A stretch of DNA of 64,000 bases, taken from the NCBI GenBank assembly GCA_963768055.1, contig CAVYGN010000002.1, positions 1,248,001 through 1,312,000 of the forward strand. Reading direction: 5' to 3'. The notes beneath the pieces are model-generated. The model did no database searches. It worked only from the letters and a program-made list of their open reading frames with translations, and had not been told where the DNA came from. Made by a program: the position numbers and the translations under genes. The DNA is from an uncultured Spirochaetota bacterium (GTDB taxonomy: Bacteria > Spirochaetota > Brevinematia > Brevinematales > JAOACQ01). How positions within the stretch are numbered: the first letter of the stretch is position 1; every line of letters begins with the position of its first letter. Below, in pieces: positions 10,597-21,815 of the stretch.

Positions 10597-13308
10597 ATGC
10601 TGAATAATAATATCAAATATCTGGAAAGTTTATTCGGAAGTTCTGAAGCCGTTGAAGCGGTTTCTAATACAGCAGTGGAAACTTACGAGATACCGGCCTA
10701 CCAATCGGATAATGCCGTCAAGCAGGGCAGGGTGGACAGCCTTATCTGGGCCTTCAGGGAGGTCGGCTATATATACGCGAAGCTGAATCCGCTTGGAGAA
10801 GATTACCAGGAGCATTATACCAATCTGCCTTTGATCCGGTCAGGCATTTTTGAAAAATTGACCCCGGAAGATTTTGGGCTTTCAATAGAGGATATGAACG
10901 GGATATTTTACGGCGGCCCCGCTTTCGAATATCAAAAAAAGACCCTGAGGGAGATCATGGAAGTATATTCCCGGATATACTGTTCTTCGTCAGGTTTCGA
11001 ATTCCTTCATATCCATAGTAAACCAGTCAGAAAATGGTTCATAGAGAATCTTGAAACCCGAAAGGATAAATTCACCCTTTCAGGTGAAGAAAAAAAAATA
11101 ATTCTCGAAGACCTCATAAAAACAAGTGAATTCGAGAATTTTCTTAACAAGACTTATATCGGCCAGAAAAGGTTCTCCATCGAGGGGGCCGAGTCGGTAA
11201 TACCTTGCCTTCATTCACTAATCAATATGGCGACTGATTTAAAAGTAAAAGAGATCGTTATAGGGACTACGCACAGGGGGAGGCTGACTATACTGAATAA
11301 CATTTTACAGCTTCCTCCGGAGGATATCTTTTACCTGTTCGAGGAAAATTTTGTCCCTGACATGGTGGACGGGGGAGGCGATGTAAAATATCATCTCGGA
11401 TATACAATGGAGCATTCCCACCCGGACGGAAGCAGTATCAGGGTCACCCTTCCGCCTAACGCGAGCCACCTGGAATCGGTCGATTCCGTCGCTGAGGGAA
11501 GGGCAAGAGGAATTCAGGACTGTATCGGGGATGACGGGAAAAAAGAGGTTATACCGGTAATCCTGCATGGAGAAGCCGCTTTCTCAGGCCAGGGGGTCGT
11601 AGCTGAAACATTGAACCTTTCAGGCCTTGAAGGTTACTCGACCGGGGGGACCATTCATATTATTATCAACAATCAGGTCGGGTTTACCACCTCCCCGAGA
11701 AGCGAACATTCGAGCGCTTTTGTAACGGATATTGCGAAAGCCATATCGATTCCCATTTTACATGTCAACGGGGACGAACCTGAGGAAACGGTCCTGGCAA
11801 TGAAGCTGGCTTTTATTTACAGGCAGAATTTCCATAGCGACGTAGTTATAGACATCATCTGTTACCGTAAATACGGCCACAACGAGGGGGACGACCCGTC
11901 ATTTACCCATCCCAGAATGTATGAAATAATCAGGAACCATAAAAGCGTTGCCGGTATTTACCTGGATAAATGTCTTCTGAGTAATTTAATCACTAAAGAA
12001 CAGGCCGACTCGATTAAAAACGATTATGTCAGGGAATTGAAGGACGCTTTTGATAAAATGCACCGGGATAAAAATTTTGAAGGCTACACGGGTTTTTATC
12101 CGAAAAAAATAGAATATTTCGACAAGGGCCTGAAGCTTAGCGTCGACGTAGGCGTCCCGAAAAATGACATTTTATATATCGCCGGGCAGATCCATAAAAT
12201 ACCGGAGGGTTTTAAAGTACATGAAAAGCTTGAACGAATTCTGGAAACCAGGTATAAAAATTTTTTAAATAACGGTACTGTCGATTGGGCTTTTGCGGAA
12301 TCCCTTGCCTTCGGGTCACTGCTTTTAGAGGGCTGCGGCGTGAGGCTATCCGGACAGGACAGCGAAAGGGGAACTTTTTCACAGCGGCACCTGGTATGGT
12401 GGGAAGTAAATGTCGATGAACCGAAATATTATATTCCGCTAAATCATATAAAAGAGGATCAGACTAAAATTTCAGTGTATGACAGCCCGTTATCCGAATA
12501 TTCCATCCTCGGCTTCGAATTCGGCTACTCAATATCATGCCCTGACAAACTTGTCATATGGGAAGCCCAATTCGGCGATTTTGCAAACGGTGCCCAGGTT
12601 ATAATAGATAATTTCATCATCGCTTCTGAAGCGAAATGGGGCGTCAGGAGCGGCCTTGTTCTGTTATTGCCGCATGGCTACGAGGGCCAGGGGCCTGAGC
12701 ATTCGAACGGCCATATGGAGAGGTACCTGCAGTTGTCGGCCCAGGAAAATATCCAGGTATGCAATGTTACCACCCCTGTTCAATATTTCTGCCTTTTAAG
12801 GAGGCAGATCAGGTTAAAAGTCGATAAGCCCCTTGTCATCATGGCCCCGAAAAGCCTTCTCCGCCATCCTCTTGCCGTTTCGACGCTGGAAGATTTAACC
12901 AGGGGGCATTTTCAATTCGTAATAGACGATCCTTATATTTCAGGGAAGGAAAATGAAATTTCGAAACTATTGTTCTGTACTGGAAAGATATATTACGACC
13001 TGATTGCCAAAAGGGAAAAAACCGTGGACAACCACACCGCAATTATCAGGCTGGAACAGCTGTATCCCCTGCCGGTCAAAGAAATAGAAAAGATCCTGAC
13101 AAAATATAAAGTTTCAGGCGGCAGGTATTGGGTCCAGGAAGAGCCGCAGAATAGGGGGGCATGGTCGTTTATCAAGTATCAGTTCGAAAATGTTTTTAAT
13201 GAAAAACTTGTATATATTGGAAGAAAAGCCAGCGCCAGCCCGGCGACAGGTTCGCTGGCCTTGTTTAAAGAAGAACAGGAAAAAATTTTGGATATGGCTG
13301 TCAAATAA
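10597..13308 (+). CDS. sucA: 2-oxoglutarate dehydrogenase E1
   Basis: GQKRFSIEG, HRGRL, GDVKYHLG, WEAQFGDFAN, PHGYEGQGPEHS. Confidence 0.97.
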   Translation: MLNNNIKYLESLFGSSEAVEAVSNTAVETYEIPAYQSDNAVKQGRVDSLIWAFREVGYIYAKLNPLGEDYQEHYTNLPLIRSGIFEKLTPEDFGLSIEDMNGIFYGGPAFEYQKKTLREIMEVYSRIYCSSSGFEFLHIHSKPVRKWFIENLETRKDKFTLSGEEKKIILEDLIKTSEFENFLNKTYIGQKRFSIEGAESVIPCLHSLINMATDLKVKEIVIGTTHRGRLTILNNILQLPPEDIFYLFEENFVPDMVDGGGDVKYHLGYTMEHSHPDGSSIRVTLPPNASHLESVDSVAEGRARGIQDCIGDDGKKEVIPVILHGEAAFSGQGVVAETLNLSGLEGYSTGGTIHIIINNQVGFTTSPRSEHSSAFVTDIAKAISIPILHVNGDEPEETVLAMKLAFIYRQNFHSDVVIDIICYRKYGHNEGDDPSFTHPRMYEIIRNHKSVAGIYLDKCLLSNLITKEQADSIKNDYVRELKDAFDKMHRDKNFEGYTGFYPKKIEYFDKGLKLSVDVGVPKNDILYIAGQIHKIPEGFKVHEKLERILETRYKNFLNNGTVDWAFAESLAFGSLLLEGCGVRLSGQDSERGTFSQRHLVWWEVNVDEPKYYIPLNHIKEDQTKISVYDSPLSEYSILGFEFGYSISCPDKLVIWEAQFGDFANGAQVIIDNFIIASEAKWGVRSGLVLLLPHGYEGQGPEHSNGHMERYLQLSAQENIQVCNVTTPVQYFCLLRRQIRLKVDKPLVIMAPKSLLRHPLAVSTLEDLTRGHFQFVIDDPYISGKENEISKLLFCTGKIYYDLIAKREKTVDNHTAIIRLEQLYPLPVKEIEKILTKYKVSGGRYWVQEEPQNRGAWSFIKYQFENVFNEKLVYIGRKASASPATGSLALFKEEQEKILDMAVK

Positions 13309-13322
13309 CGGGAGGACCCAAT

Positions 13323-14534
13323 ATGAAAGTTGAAGTCAAAGTCCCATCCGTTGGCGAATCTATTGTCAAAGGAATCTTATCGAAATGGCTGAAAAAAAAT
13401 GGAGACGTTGTAACCGAGGGTGAAACTATTTTCGAACTTGAAACGGACAAGGTAAATGTCGAGGTCCCCGCTCCAGCATCCGGTAAAATCGAGATCCAGG
13501 CTCCAGAGGGCGATGAGGTAAATATCGGCCAGACAGTCGCTTTTGTGGACACTGATTTTATTCCTGAAAAAACTGAAGTGAAAGAGCCGCAGGCTCCGGA
13601 AATTATTGCAGAAATAAATCCGCCGAATACCTCTCCTTCAAGCCCTGCCCCAAGCGCAGCCAAGGCAACCCCTTACAGGACAAGCCCCTCCAGGACAAGC
13701 CCATCAGTAAGAAGGATTGCCTTCGAGAACAATATCGATATCGGAGGTATTGACGGGACAGGGAAAGAGGGCAGGATCATGAAAGAAGACGTTTTGAATA
13801 GATTGAAGAGTGCAAAAGCTGATGAAAAACCGGAGGAAAGGCAAACTGTCGTTAAAATGTCCCCCATAAGGCGCACTATTGCGAAGAATCTTGTCCAGGC
13901 CAAACAGGAAGCGGCTCATGTCACCACCTTCAATGAGATCGATATGGAGCAGGTCATAGCGATACGGGCCAAAGACAAAGACGAGTTCATGAAAAAACAT
14001 GGGACCAAGCTCGGGTTCATGTCTTTTTTCGTAAAGGCTTGCTGCCAGGCCCTGAAGGATTTCCCCGACGTCAACACTATGATCAGGGGGGATGAGATTA
14101 TATACAACCATTATTATAATATCGGTGTAGCCGTTTCAGTTGACGAGGGCCTTATAGTACCGGTCATTAAAGATGCTGACCGGCTGTCATTCGCGCAGAT
14201 CGAGGCGGTATTGGGCGACCTGGCGGAAAGGGCCAGGATGAAAAAGATAAAGCTTGAGGAATTGCAGGGCGGAACGTTTACCATAACGAATGGCGGTATT
14301 TACGGTTCCATGATGAGCACGCCGATACCCGACTTTCCCCAGTCTGCAATCCTGGGTATGCATGCGATAAAGGACAGGCCTGTCGTTATAGACGGCAAAA
14401 TCGTGATCAAGCCTGTCATGTATACAGCCCTGACTTATGACCACAGGGTTATAGACGGTAAAGACGCAGTTGAATTCCTGGTTGACATAAAAAAATATAT
14501 CGAAGACCCGGAAAGCCTTCTGATCGAACTATAA
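13323..14534 (+). CDS. sucB: Dihydrolipoamide succinyltransferase E2
   Basis: Lipoyl ETDKV, PSBD GTGKEGRI, catalytic YDHRVIDG. Confidence 0.97.
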   Translation: MKVEVKVPSVGESIVKGILSKWLKKNGDVVTEGETIFELETDKVNVEVPAPASGKIEIQAPEGDEVNIGQTVAFVDTDFIPEKTEVKEPQAPEIIAEINPPNTSPSSPAPSAAKATPYRTSPSRTSPSVRRIAFENNIDIGGIDGTGKEGRIMKEDVLNRLKSAKADEKPEERQTVVKMSPIRRTIAKNLVQAKQEAAHVTTFNEIDMEQVIAIRAKDKDEFMKKHGTKLGFMSFFVKACCQALKDFPDVNTMIRGDEIIYNHYYNIGVAVSVDEGLIVPVIKDADRLSFAQIEAVLGDLAERARMKKIKLEELQGGTFTITNGGIYGSMMSTPIPDFPQSAILGMHAIKDRPVVIDGKIVIKPVMYTALTYDHRVIDGKDAVEFLVDIKKYIEDPESLLIEL

Positions 14535-14570
14535 AGTATAGTCCTGTAAAGGGACTGCAAAGGAGATAAT

Positions 14571-16004
14571 ATGAACGGAAATAAATTCGATGTGGCGGTC
14601 GTCGGCAGCGGCCCCGGCGGTTATGTGGCGGCTATCAGGTGCGCCCAATTGGGCTTGAAAACAGCGGTCATAGAAAAAAACAAGACATTCGGCGGGACTT
14701 GCCTTAATGTCGGATGCATCCCCTCTAAAGCGCTCCTCGATTCGACTGAATTGTTCGCGGCCGCGAAACATAAAATGAGAGATCATGGCATACTGGTCGA
14801 TCCCGGCAATATTGTTTTAGACTTGAGCATTATGATGGCAAGAAAAGACCGGATAGTGGCTAAAATGACAGAAGGGGTCGGACTGCTTTTAAAAAGCAAT
14901 AAGGTTGAGAATTTCGAAGGTACCGGGAAATTAAAGAACGATCATACAATAATCATAGAAAAACAGGATGGCGGGACTTCCCAAATTGAGAGCGGAAAAA
15001 TAATCCTCGCGACGGGGAGCGTACCGGTAACGCTTCCGGCGTTGCCCTTCGACGGAGAAAAAATAGTCGACTCTACGGGAGCGCTCTCCTTCGACAGGGT
15101 TCCGGGGAAGCTTGCTATTATAGGCGCCGGAGCCATAGGCCTTGAAATAGCCAGCATCTGGAGCAGGCTCGGAGCCGATGTCGTTATAATTGAAATGATG
15201 GATCAGATCCTGCCCCAGTCTGAAAACAGCACCTCCGGCAGGCTCGCCCTGCTGTTGAAAAAACAGGGGGTAGATATTAAACTTTCTAGTACTGTTAAGT
15301 CGGCTGATTTTAAAGACGGGAAGGTCGTTTTATCGATAAGCGACAAAAGCGGCGTCCCAGGCGATATTTCCTGCGATAAGGTCCTTGTGGCGGCCGGCCG
15401 GAAACCCTTCACAGCCGTGCTTGGGCTTGATGAAATAGGCGTCGGATACGACAAAGGAAGCGGAAGGATAAATGTAGGGAAAAATTTCGAAACGAATATT
15501 CCGAATATCTTCGCGATAGGGGATATTATTAAAGGCCCTATGCTTGCCCATAAAGCCCAGGAAGAAGCGGTTGCCGTATCCGAATTTATAGCCGGCGGTT
15601 ACGGCGAGGTAAATTATGACGCTATCCCTTCAATAGTTTATACCTGGCCCGAATACGCTTCGGTTGGTAAAACCGAGGATGAATTAATTAAAAGCGGTGT
15701 ACCTTATAAAACTGGGAAATTCCAGTTCGGCGCGAATGGAAGGGCGCTTGCCGGAGATAACACCGAAGGCTTCGTGAAAATTATTTCATCCGCCCAAACG
15801 GACGCCTTGCTGGGGGCGCAGATCTTAGGGCCCTGGGCGTCGGAACTCATCGCGGAGATATCGACTGTGATTAACTTTAACGGCAGTTCCGAGGATATAG
15901 CACGTACTGTTCACGCCCATCCGACTTTATCTGAGGTTGTAAGGGAAGCCTCCATGGACGTGTCTGGCCGGTCTATCCATTCCCTGCCGAAAATAAAAAA
16001 ATAG
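14571..16004 (+). CDS. lpdA: Dihydrolipoamide dehydrogenase E3
   Basis: GGTCLNVGCIPSK, HAHPTLSE. Confidence 0.97.
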   Translation: MNGNKFDVAVVGSGPGGYVAAIRCAQLGLKTAVIEKNKTFGGTCLNVGCIPSKALLDSTELFAAAKHKMRDHGILVDPGNIVLDLSIMMARKDRIVAKMTEGVGLLLKSNKVENFEGTGKLKNDHTIIIEKQDGGTSQIESGKIILATGSVPVTLPALPFDGEKIVDSTGALSFDRVPGKLAIIGAGAIGLEIASIWSRLGADVVIIEMMDQILPQSENSTSGRLALLLKKQGVDIKLSSTVKSADFKDGKVVLSISDKSGVPGDISCDKVLVAAGRKPFTAVLGLDEIGVGYDKGSGRINVGKNFETNIPNIFAIGDIIKGPMLAHKAQEEAVAVSEFIAGGYGEVNYDAIPSIVYTWPEYASVGKTEDELIKSGVPYKTGKFQFGANGRALAGDNTEGFVKIISSAQTDALLGAQILGPWASELIAEISTVINFNGSSEDIARTVHAHPTLSEVVREASMDVSGRSIHSLPKIKK

Positions 16005-16018
16005 AAGGGGAGGTACAT

Positions 16019-17164
16019 ATGGCTGATATTACTTATTCCAAGGGCCTTGAGGGAGTGATCGCCGGTGAGACGACAATTTGTAAAATCAACGGCCTGGAAG
16101 GGAAACTATACTACAGGGGTTACCCTATCGATGAACTTGCTGAAGGCTCCTCGTTTGAAGAGGTAACATACCTTTTGCTGTATGAAAAATTGCCTGTAAG
16201 AAATGAACTGGATGAATTCACAAAAAATATGAGGAAGAGTAGGGGATTGGCGGCGCCCGTCATAGATATGATAAAGAAATTCCCTCCCGGGGGGAAACCC
16301 ATGGAACTTTTGCAGTCCGTGATAGCCTACCTGAGCGGATATGTCGAACATATAATAGAACATAATGCTTTCTGCAATTGCAGGACAACTCTTCACCAGG
16401 TGGCCCAGCTAGCCAGTGTTATCGCGGCATACCAGAGAATAAAAGAGGGGAAGGATTATGTGGAACCCGATGATTCGCTCTCCCATGGAGCGAATTTTCT
16501 CTATATGATGAGGGGGGAAAAACCCGAGGATTATGAAGGTAAAATTATGGACAGGTGTTTTGTGCTTCATGCGGAACATGAATTTAACGCTTCTACTTTT
16601 ACAGCCAGGGTAGTGGCATCAACAATTTCGACATGTTATTCGAGCATTTCAGCCGCTATAGGGGCTTTGAGGGGGCCGCTTCATGGAGGAGCTAACGAAG
16701 AGGTGCTGAAAATGCTTGAAAATATCGGCAGCCAGGACAATGTAGAAAACTGGCTGAACAGGGCCCTCGCTGAAAAACAGAAGATAATGGGTATGGGGCA
16801 TCGTGAATACAAAGCCATGGACCCGAGGGCTGTCATAATGAAAAAATTGCTTGAAGAACTCTCCCTTAAAAAGAATAACGATAAAAATTACAAAATGCTG
16901 CTCCTGATAAATGACATAGTAAGAAAATATATGGACAGCAAGGGTAAGCCGATTTATCCGAACGTCGATTTTTACTCCGGATCGGTTTATTCCCTGTTGG
17001 GAATTCCCACTTATTTATTTACTCCTATATTCGCGGCCGCCAGGGTTTCCGGCTGGCTTGCCCATGTGCTTGAACAGAGGAAAGACAACAGGATTTTCAG
17101 GCCCGAGTCCCTCTACAAAGGGCCGATAGATTTAAAATATATCCCTATTGATGAAAGGAACTGA
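16019..17164 (+). CDS. gltA: Citrate synthase (or 2-methylcitrate synthase-like)
   Basis: HAEHEFNAST, GPLHGGANE, GMGHREY, PNVDFYSG. Confidence 0.9.
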   Translation: MADITYSKGLEGVIAGETTICKINGLEGKLYYRGYPIDELAEGSSFEEVTYLLLYEKLPVRNELDEFTKNMRKSRGLAAPVIDMIKKFPPGGKPMELLQSVIAYLSGYVEHIIEHNAFCNCRTTLHQVAQLASVIAAYQRIKEGKDYVEPDDSLSHGANFLYMMRGEKPEDYEGKIMDRCFVLHAEHEFNASTFTARVVASTISTCYSSISAAIGALRGPLHGGANEEVLKMLENIGSQDNVENWLNRALAEKQKIMGMGHREYKAMDPRAVIMKKLLEELSLKKNNDKNYKMLLLINDIVRKYMDSKGKPIYPNVDFYSGSVYSLLGIPTYLFTPIFAAARVSGWLAHVLEQRKDNRIFRPESLYKGPIDLKYIPIDERN

Positions 17165-17180
17165 CGGATGTAATCGGGTT

Positions 17181-19898
17181 TTATCCGGTATTTCTCAATC
17201 CTGAAGCGATGCCGTTAATTGTTATTACAATTATCTCCCTCAGGACTGAGGCTTCAGAGCCTTCAGGGTCGCTTTGCGCTCTGAGGCGCCTGAGCATCTC
17301 GACCTGTAGAAAATTTAGAGGATCGACATAGGGATTGCGCAGCCGTATGGATTTTTGCAGGCGCGGGTCGCCGTCTAGAAGGACGGAATGGTCCGTTATC
17401 TTAAGTATAATCTCTTCGGTCTTTTTATATTCTTCCAATATTATTTTGAAAATACCCCCGGCAATTTCCCTATCGGGTATCAGTGTCGAGTACATGCCGG
17501 CGATTTCCATATCTGCAATGGCAAGCGATACCTCGGTATTATTTATCAGTGTTGTAAAAAACGGCCATCCGAGGTACATTTCTTTGAGCTCTGAGATCCG
17601 GTATTCTCCGGATAATCCTGAACCGAAGCCGTACCATCCCGGAAGGTTGAAGCGGCTCTGCATCCAGGAGAACACCCATGGTATAGCGCGGATATTTTTT
17701 ATCGAATCTTCCGCCTGATCCCGGTCTGCCGGGCGCGATCCTATCCTGAGCCTTTTGATCTCGTCTATCGGGGTAGCAAGGCGCCAGAATTCTGAAAATC
17801 CGGGCGTATCAAATAATAGCGACCTGTAAACGGCATGCGAATTCAGAGACATGCCGGATAAGGCGGAATGCCATTCTTCCGATACAGGTTTAAAGCTTGT
17901 TGTTTCTTCAAATGAGGACAATAGTACCGCATGAACTATCTCTTCGATATGTCGCCGGCCAAGGTAAAGGTTCGAATAATGCGAGGAAATTACTTCGCCC
18001 TGTTCGGTAAGGCAAAACCTTCCGTTGACTGTGCCGGGCGGCTGAGAGCGTATTGCCTGGTTTGACGGGCCGCCCCCCCTGGCTGTCGTGCCCCCGCGGC
18101 CATGAAATATAGTAAGCACAATTCCATATTCGCCGCATATGCTTGTGATTTCCTCCTGCGCCTTGTACAGCGCCCAGTTCGAGGCAAGGTAGCCCCCATC
18201 CTTATTCGTATCGGAATATCCGATCATAACCGTCTGATGATTATTGTTAACCGACAGATGTTTCCTGTATGCCTCGTTTGTGAAGAGGTCTTTTAATATC
18301 CGGGGGGCCGCGTTAAGATCTGAAATGGTCTCAAAAAGCGGAACTATGGGTAAACAATCGGAGCATCCGGTCCATTTAGCGAGAGTGAGCACGGTAAGGA
18401 CGTCGGCAGAGCTTTTTGTCATCGAAATGACAAACGGGCCTATTAAATGATTGCCGAAGATCGAATGGGCTTTTGTAACAAGCTGAAAAAGGGACAGGGT
18501 TTCAGCCGCCGCAGAAGTGACTCCGGGATGCCTGGCAAGTTCAGGCGGCGATTTATCAAGGAGAAATGTGAGAAGTTTTTCCCGTCCGTGTTCATCCATT
18601 CCTGTAAAGTTCATTTCGATCTCGAGGCCCCTGAGAATTTCTCCCAGGGCCCGGTTCAGCCTTGAAGATTCTTCGCGGAGATGCAAATTGGCGCTATGAA
18701 GGGAAAATATCTCCATCTGCCTCAATACTTTTGCGGGCTGCCTCGAGGCTAACGGCTGAGGGAGTATCTTGATCAATGTTTTTAGAAAATCCGTCAGGTT
18801 TTCCGGCTGAAGGTGAGAGGTTTGGGGCAAGTCCGATAAAAGCTGGGAAAGCATATCGGACTGAGAGGCCAGGGCCAGGTCGTTTGAAACAAGGGAAAGG
18901 GCGAGCCTGTAAGGTTCTCTCTTGTATCTTTCTTCTATATACGCGACATGCTGAGGGAAAGGCCGGCGGCTGTCTATCCAGGCCTGAAGTTCAGGGGGTG
19001 GCGGCAGCCTGCGTATGCTTAAAGACAAACGCCGGGAGAGATCCCGGAGCGCCGTCCGGTATTTTTCAACAGCCAGCCCGCGATGCAGGCGTAAAGTTTC
19101 AGCTGTGACTTCTGTTGAAACATTGGGATTTCCGTCGCGGTCGCCTCCAATCCATGAAGCGAGTCTTAACCATGTCGGCGTCGAAGAAAGGCCCTGATAA
19201 TACTTTGCGAGCGACAGGTCGAGAGTATCATAAATCTGCGGTAAAAGGGTCCAGAAGATTTCATCGATAAAATAAAGGCCTGTCCTTACTTCGTCGGTCA
19301 CGGCGGGTCTCTCAGTCCGGACACGGTCTGTAAGCCAGAGCGCGCTAATCTCCGCGCGGAGATCGGCTGAATATTCATCAATCTGAAGCGGCGGCAGGTC
19401 GGGACGCTTAAAATTTTGCAGAATTTCCGCAATACGCTGGAGTTTTGACAGGATTGTGCGTCTCTTCGCCTCGGTAGGATGAGCTGTGAGTACAAGCACA
19501 ACACTAAGGCTTTTCAGGAGGGACTCCATCTTCTCTTTTGAAACGCCGCTCTTTTTTATAAAAGCGACAGCTTCCCCGATCGATCCGGGGACTGGTTCGG
19601 GATAAAGGTCTCTTTCATTCTTCTGCATTCCCCGGACCCGGTCGTCCTCTTCCGCCAGATTGACAAGGTCGAAAAAAATCGTGAAAGCGGAAGCGACAGC
19701 CCGTGCGTTATCGGGAGCAAGGGCCGACACGAGTGTTGTAAGGGTTTTAAGGGCCGTTGCATCGCCCGACCTCCGCGCTTTCGATGCATGCCGTATACTC
19801 TCTTCGATATTTAACAGATCGATCGATTCGAACATTGTGATCGTTTGCCCCAGAATATCTCCAAGCAGATGGATCGTCCCGGATAAATTATCAGCCAT
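17181..19898 (-). CDS. ppc: Phosphoenolpyruvate carboxylase
   Basis: VLTAHPTE, WIGGDRDGNP, GYSDTNKDGG, FHGRGG, RAIPWVFSW, C-terminal RNTG; start trimmed to MADN. Confidence 0.97.
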   Translation of the reverse strand: MADNLSGTIHLLGDILGQTITMFESIDLLNIEESIRHASKARRSGDATALKTLTTLVSALAPDNARAVASAFTIFFDLVNLAEEDDRVRGMQKNERDLYPEPVPGSIGEAVAFIKKSGVSKEKMESLLKSLSVVLVLTAHPTEAKRRTILSKLQRIAEILQNFKRPDLPPLQIDEYSADLRAEISALWLTDRVRTERPAVTDEVRTGLYFIDEIFWTLLPQIYDTLDLSLAKYYQGLSSTPTWLRLASWIGGDRDGNPNVSTEVTAETLRLHRGLAVEKYRTALRDLSRRLSLSIRRLPPPPELQAWIDSRRPFPQHVAYIEERYKREPYRLALSLVSNDLALASQSDMLSQLLSDLPQTSHLQPENLTDFLKTLIKILPQPLASRQPAKVLRQMEIFSLHSANLHLREESSRLNRALGEILRGLEIEMNFTGMDEHGREKLLTFLLDKSPPELARHPGVTSAAAETLSLFQLVTKAHSIFGNHLIGPFVISMTKSSADVLTVLTLAKWTGCSDCLPIVPLFETISDLNAAPRILKDLFTNEAYRKHLSVNNNHQTVMIGYSDTNKDGGYLASNWALYKAQEEITSICGEYGIVLTIFHGRGGTTARGGGPSNQAIRSQPPGTVNGRFCLTEQGEVISSHYSNLYLGRRHIEEIVHAVLLSSFEETTSFKPVSEEWHSALSGMSLNSHAVYRSLLFDTPGFSEFWRLATPIDEIKRLRIGSRPADRDQAEDSIKNIRAIPWVFSWMQSRFNLPGWYGFGSGLSGEYRISELKEMYLGWPFFTTLINNTEVSLAIADMEIAGMYSTLIPDREIAGGIFKIILEEYKKTEEIILKITDHSVLLDGDPRLQKSIRLRNPYVDPLNFLQVEMLRRLRAQSDPEGSEASVLREIIVITINGIASGLRNTG

Positions 19899-19964
19899 TA
19901 TCAGCGCCTTTTTATAAAATTGGAATATGATAATAATAGGGAAAATCAGATTTCTCGTCAAGGG

Positions 19965-20158
19965 GCCGTTCAAACAATATACCTCTGGATGAAGTCAATT
20001 TTTTTTCTCACAGGATTCGCAAGCTTAAGCTGCAACGGCTCAAACTGCGGCGGGACATGTGCCCGCTGATCGCCGTTTTTCGCCGGCAGCTTCTACGCTT
20101 ACTCATTAGGTTTGAAAAAAAATTGCTTCATCAGGATTTATATTGTTTTGAATCCGGC
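19965..20158. repeat. Long imperfect palindromic element, copy A
   Basis: Termini TTCAAACAATATA...TATATTGTTTTGAA; core AGCTGCAACGGCTCAAA...CGCCGTTTTTCGCCGGCAGCT shared with 34305-34594. Confidence 0.85.
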
Positions 20159-20253
20159 TTTAAAGGGTAGGTAATTCTGTTTTTTGACCGGCCCTAATGG
20201 TTAGATTAAGGGATTTTCTGGAAATTTCCATAGCTATATATTATATTTCTACT

Positions 20254-20946
20254 ATGAAATTGACAATAGCGGAATTGGGGCTTGTCGGGTACAAAGAAGC
20301 TCTCAAGCTCCAGGAGCATTTAAGGGATTTGAGAGCTGCCGATAAAGTTAAAGATACGCTGCTTCTCCTTGAACATAATAATGTCATAACCATCGGGAGG
20401 AGGGGCAAGTATTCAAATATTAAAATTCCTATTAGCTTCCTTGAAAAGGAAAAAGTAGATATTCACGAAGTGACAAGGGGAGGCGACGTTACTTATCATG
20501 GCCCCGGCCAGCTTGTCGGTTATCTTATTTTCGACCTCAGGGATCATGGCAGGAATATCAGGGATTTTGTCTGGAATATTCAGGAAGTTTTCATCAGGAT
20601 GCTGAAAAATCATTTTCATATCGAAAGCAGCCGCGGCGAGGGTTTATATACGGGCGTATGGGTTGGAAATGAGAAGATAACGGCAATAGGCCTGTCCGTA
20701 AAACGCTGGGTAACAATGCATGGATTTGCCTTCAATATCAATACGGACCTGGACAATTACAAATGGATAAATCCGTGCGGCATCACTGATAAAGGAGTTA
20801 CTTCGCTCGAAAAAATTACAGGCTTTAGGCAGGATTTTAAAAATGTCGCCGGTTTTGTTTCGGATTCATTTTGCGAGGTCTTTAATATGGAAAGAGATAA
20901 AATTACCGGGACAGTGCAGGAAATATTTAGGGATTTAAATAAATGA
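20254..20946 (+). CDS. lipB: Octanoyltransferase
   Basis: [36 protein letters not shown]. Confidence 0.95.
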   Translation: MKLTIAELGLVGYKEALKLQEHLRDLRAADKVKDTLLLLEHNNVITIGRRGKYSNIKIPISFLEKEKVDIHEVTRGGDVTYHGPGQLVGYLIFDLRDHGRNIRDFVWNIQEVFIRMLKNHFHIESSRGEGLYTGVWVGNEKITAIGLSVKRWVTMHGFAFNINTDLDNYKWINPCGITDKGVTSLEKITGFRQDFKNVAGFVSDSFCEVFNMERDKITGTVQEIFRDLNK

Positions 20947-21815
20947 TCAATAAAAAACCGGACTGGTTAAAAATAAGGGTCCGAAGCTCGAAAGAAAAGG
21001 CTGAGGTTGAAGAAATATTGAACAGGTTTTCACTGAATACAGTTTGCGAAGAAGCCGAGTGTCCCAATCTCATGGAATGCTACAATAAAAAAACGGCCGC
21101 ATTTATGATCCTCGGGAGCGTATGCACGAGGAACTGTACATTTTGCGGCGTATCCAAAGGACAAGTTTCCGAAGTCGATAAAAACGAGCCCGGAAATGTC
21201 GCCGCCGCTATTAAAGAACTGCATCTGTCGCATGTGGTAATTACTTCCGTTACAAGGGACGATCTTTCCGACGGCGGTGCAGCTCATTTTGCCGAAGTAA
21301 TAAAAAACATAAGAAATCTTGGGAAAAAAATTGTAATTGAAGTGCTGGTGCCGGACTTCTCCGGCAGCCTGGAATCGCTGAAATTAATTGCCGGCGCCGG
21401 TCCGGACATCATTAATCATAATGTGGAAACCGTGCCCAGGCTTTATCCGGAGGTAAGACCCGCAGCGGTTTATAAAAGGTCTCTCCTTCTGATAAAAAAT
21501 GTCAAAAGATTAAACAATAGAATTTATTCAAAATCCGGGATCATGGTAGGGCTCGGGGAAAAGCGGAAAGAGGTTATCCGGGTGATGTCAGACTTACGAA
21601 AAGCCGGGTGCGAGATGCTGACAATTGGACAGTATCTTGCTCCCTCTAAGAAGCATCATGAGGTCGTCGAATATATCAGCCCGGATATTTTTGAAATGTA
21701 CAGGAAAACCGGACTCAAGCTCGGATTTATGTCAGTCGCTTCCGGTCCTTTCGTCAGAAGTTCTTATAATGCCTGTGAATTTTTCAGTATGATGGATACT
21801 TCTTATGAATTATGA
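20943..21815 (+). CDS. lipA: Lipoyl synthase
   Basis: [30 protein letters not shown]. Confidence 0.97.
   Translation: MINKKPDWLKIRVRSSKEKAEVEEILNRFSLNTVCEEAECPNLMECYNKKTAAFMILGSVCTRNCTFCGVSKGQVSEVDKNEPGNVAAAIKELHLSHVVITSVTRDDLSDGGAAHFAEVIKNIRNLGKKIVIEVLVPDFSGSLESLKLIAGAGPDIINHNVETVPRLYPEVRPAAVYKRSLLLIKNVKRLNNRIYSKSGIMVGLGEKRKEVIRVMSDLRKAGCEMLTIGQYLAPSKKHHEVVEYISPDIFEMYRKTGLKLGFMSVASGPFVRSSYNACEFFSMMDTSYEL

Noticed and set aside
13676..13705. 15-bp repeat (RTSPS x2) in sucB
   Set aside because: Ordinary low-complexity E2 linker.
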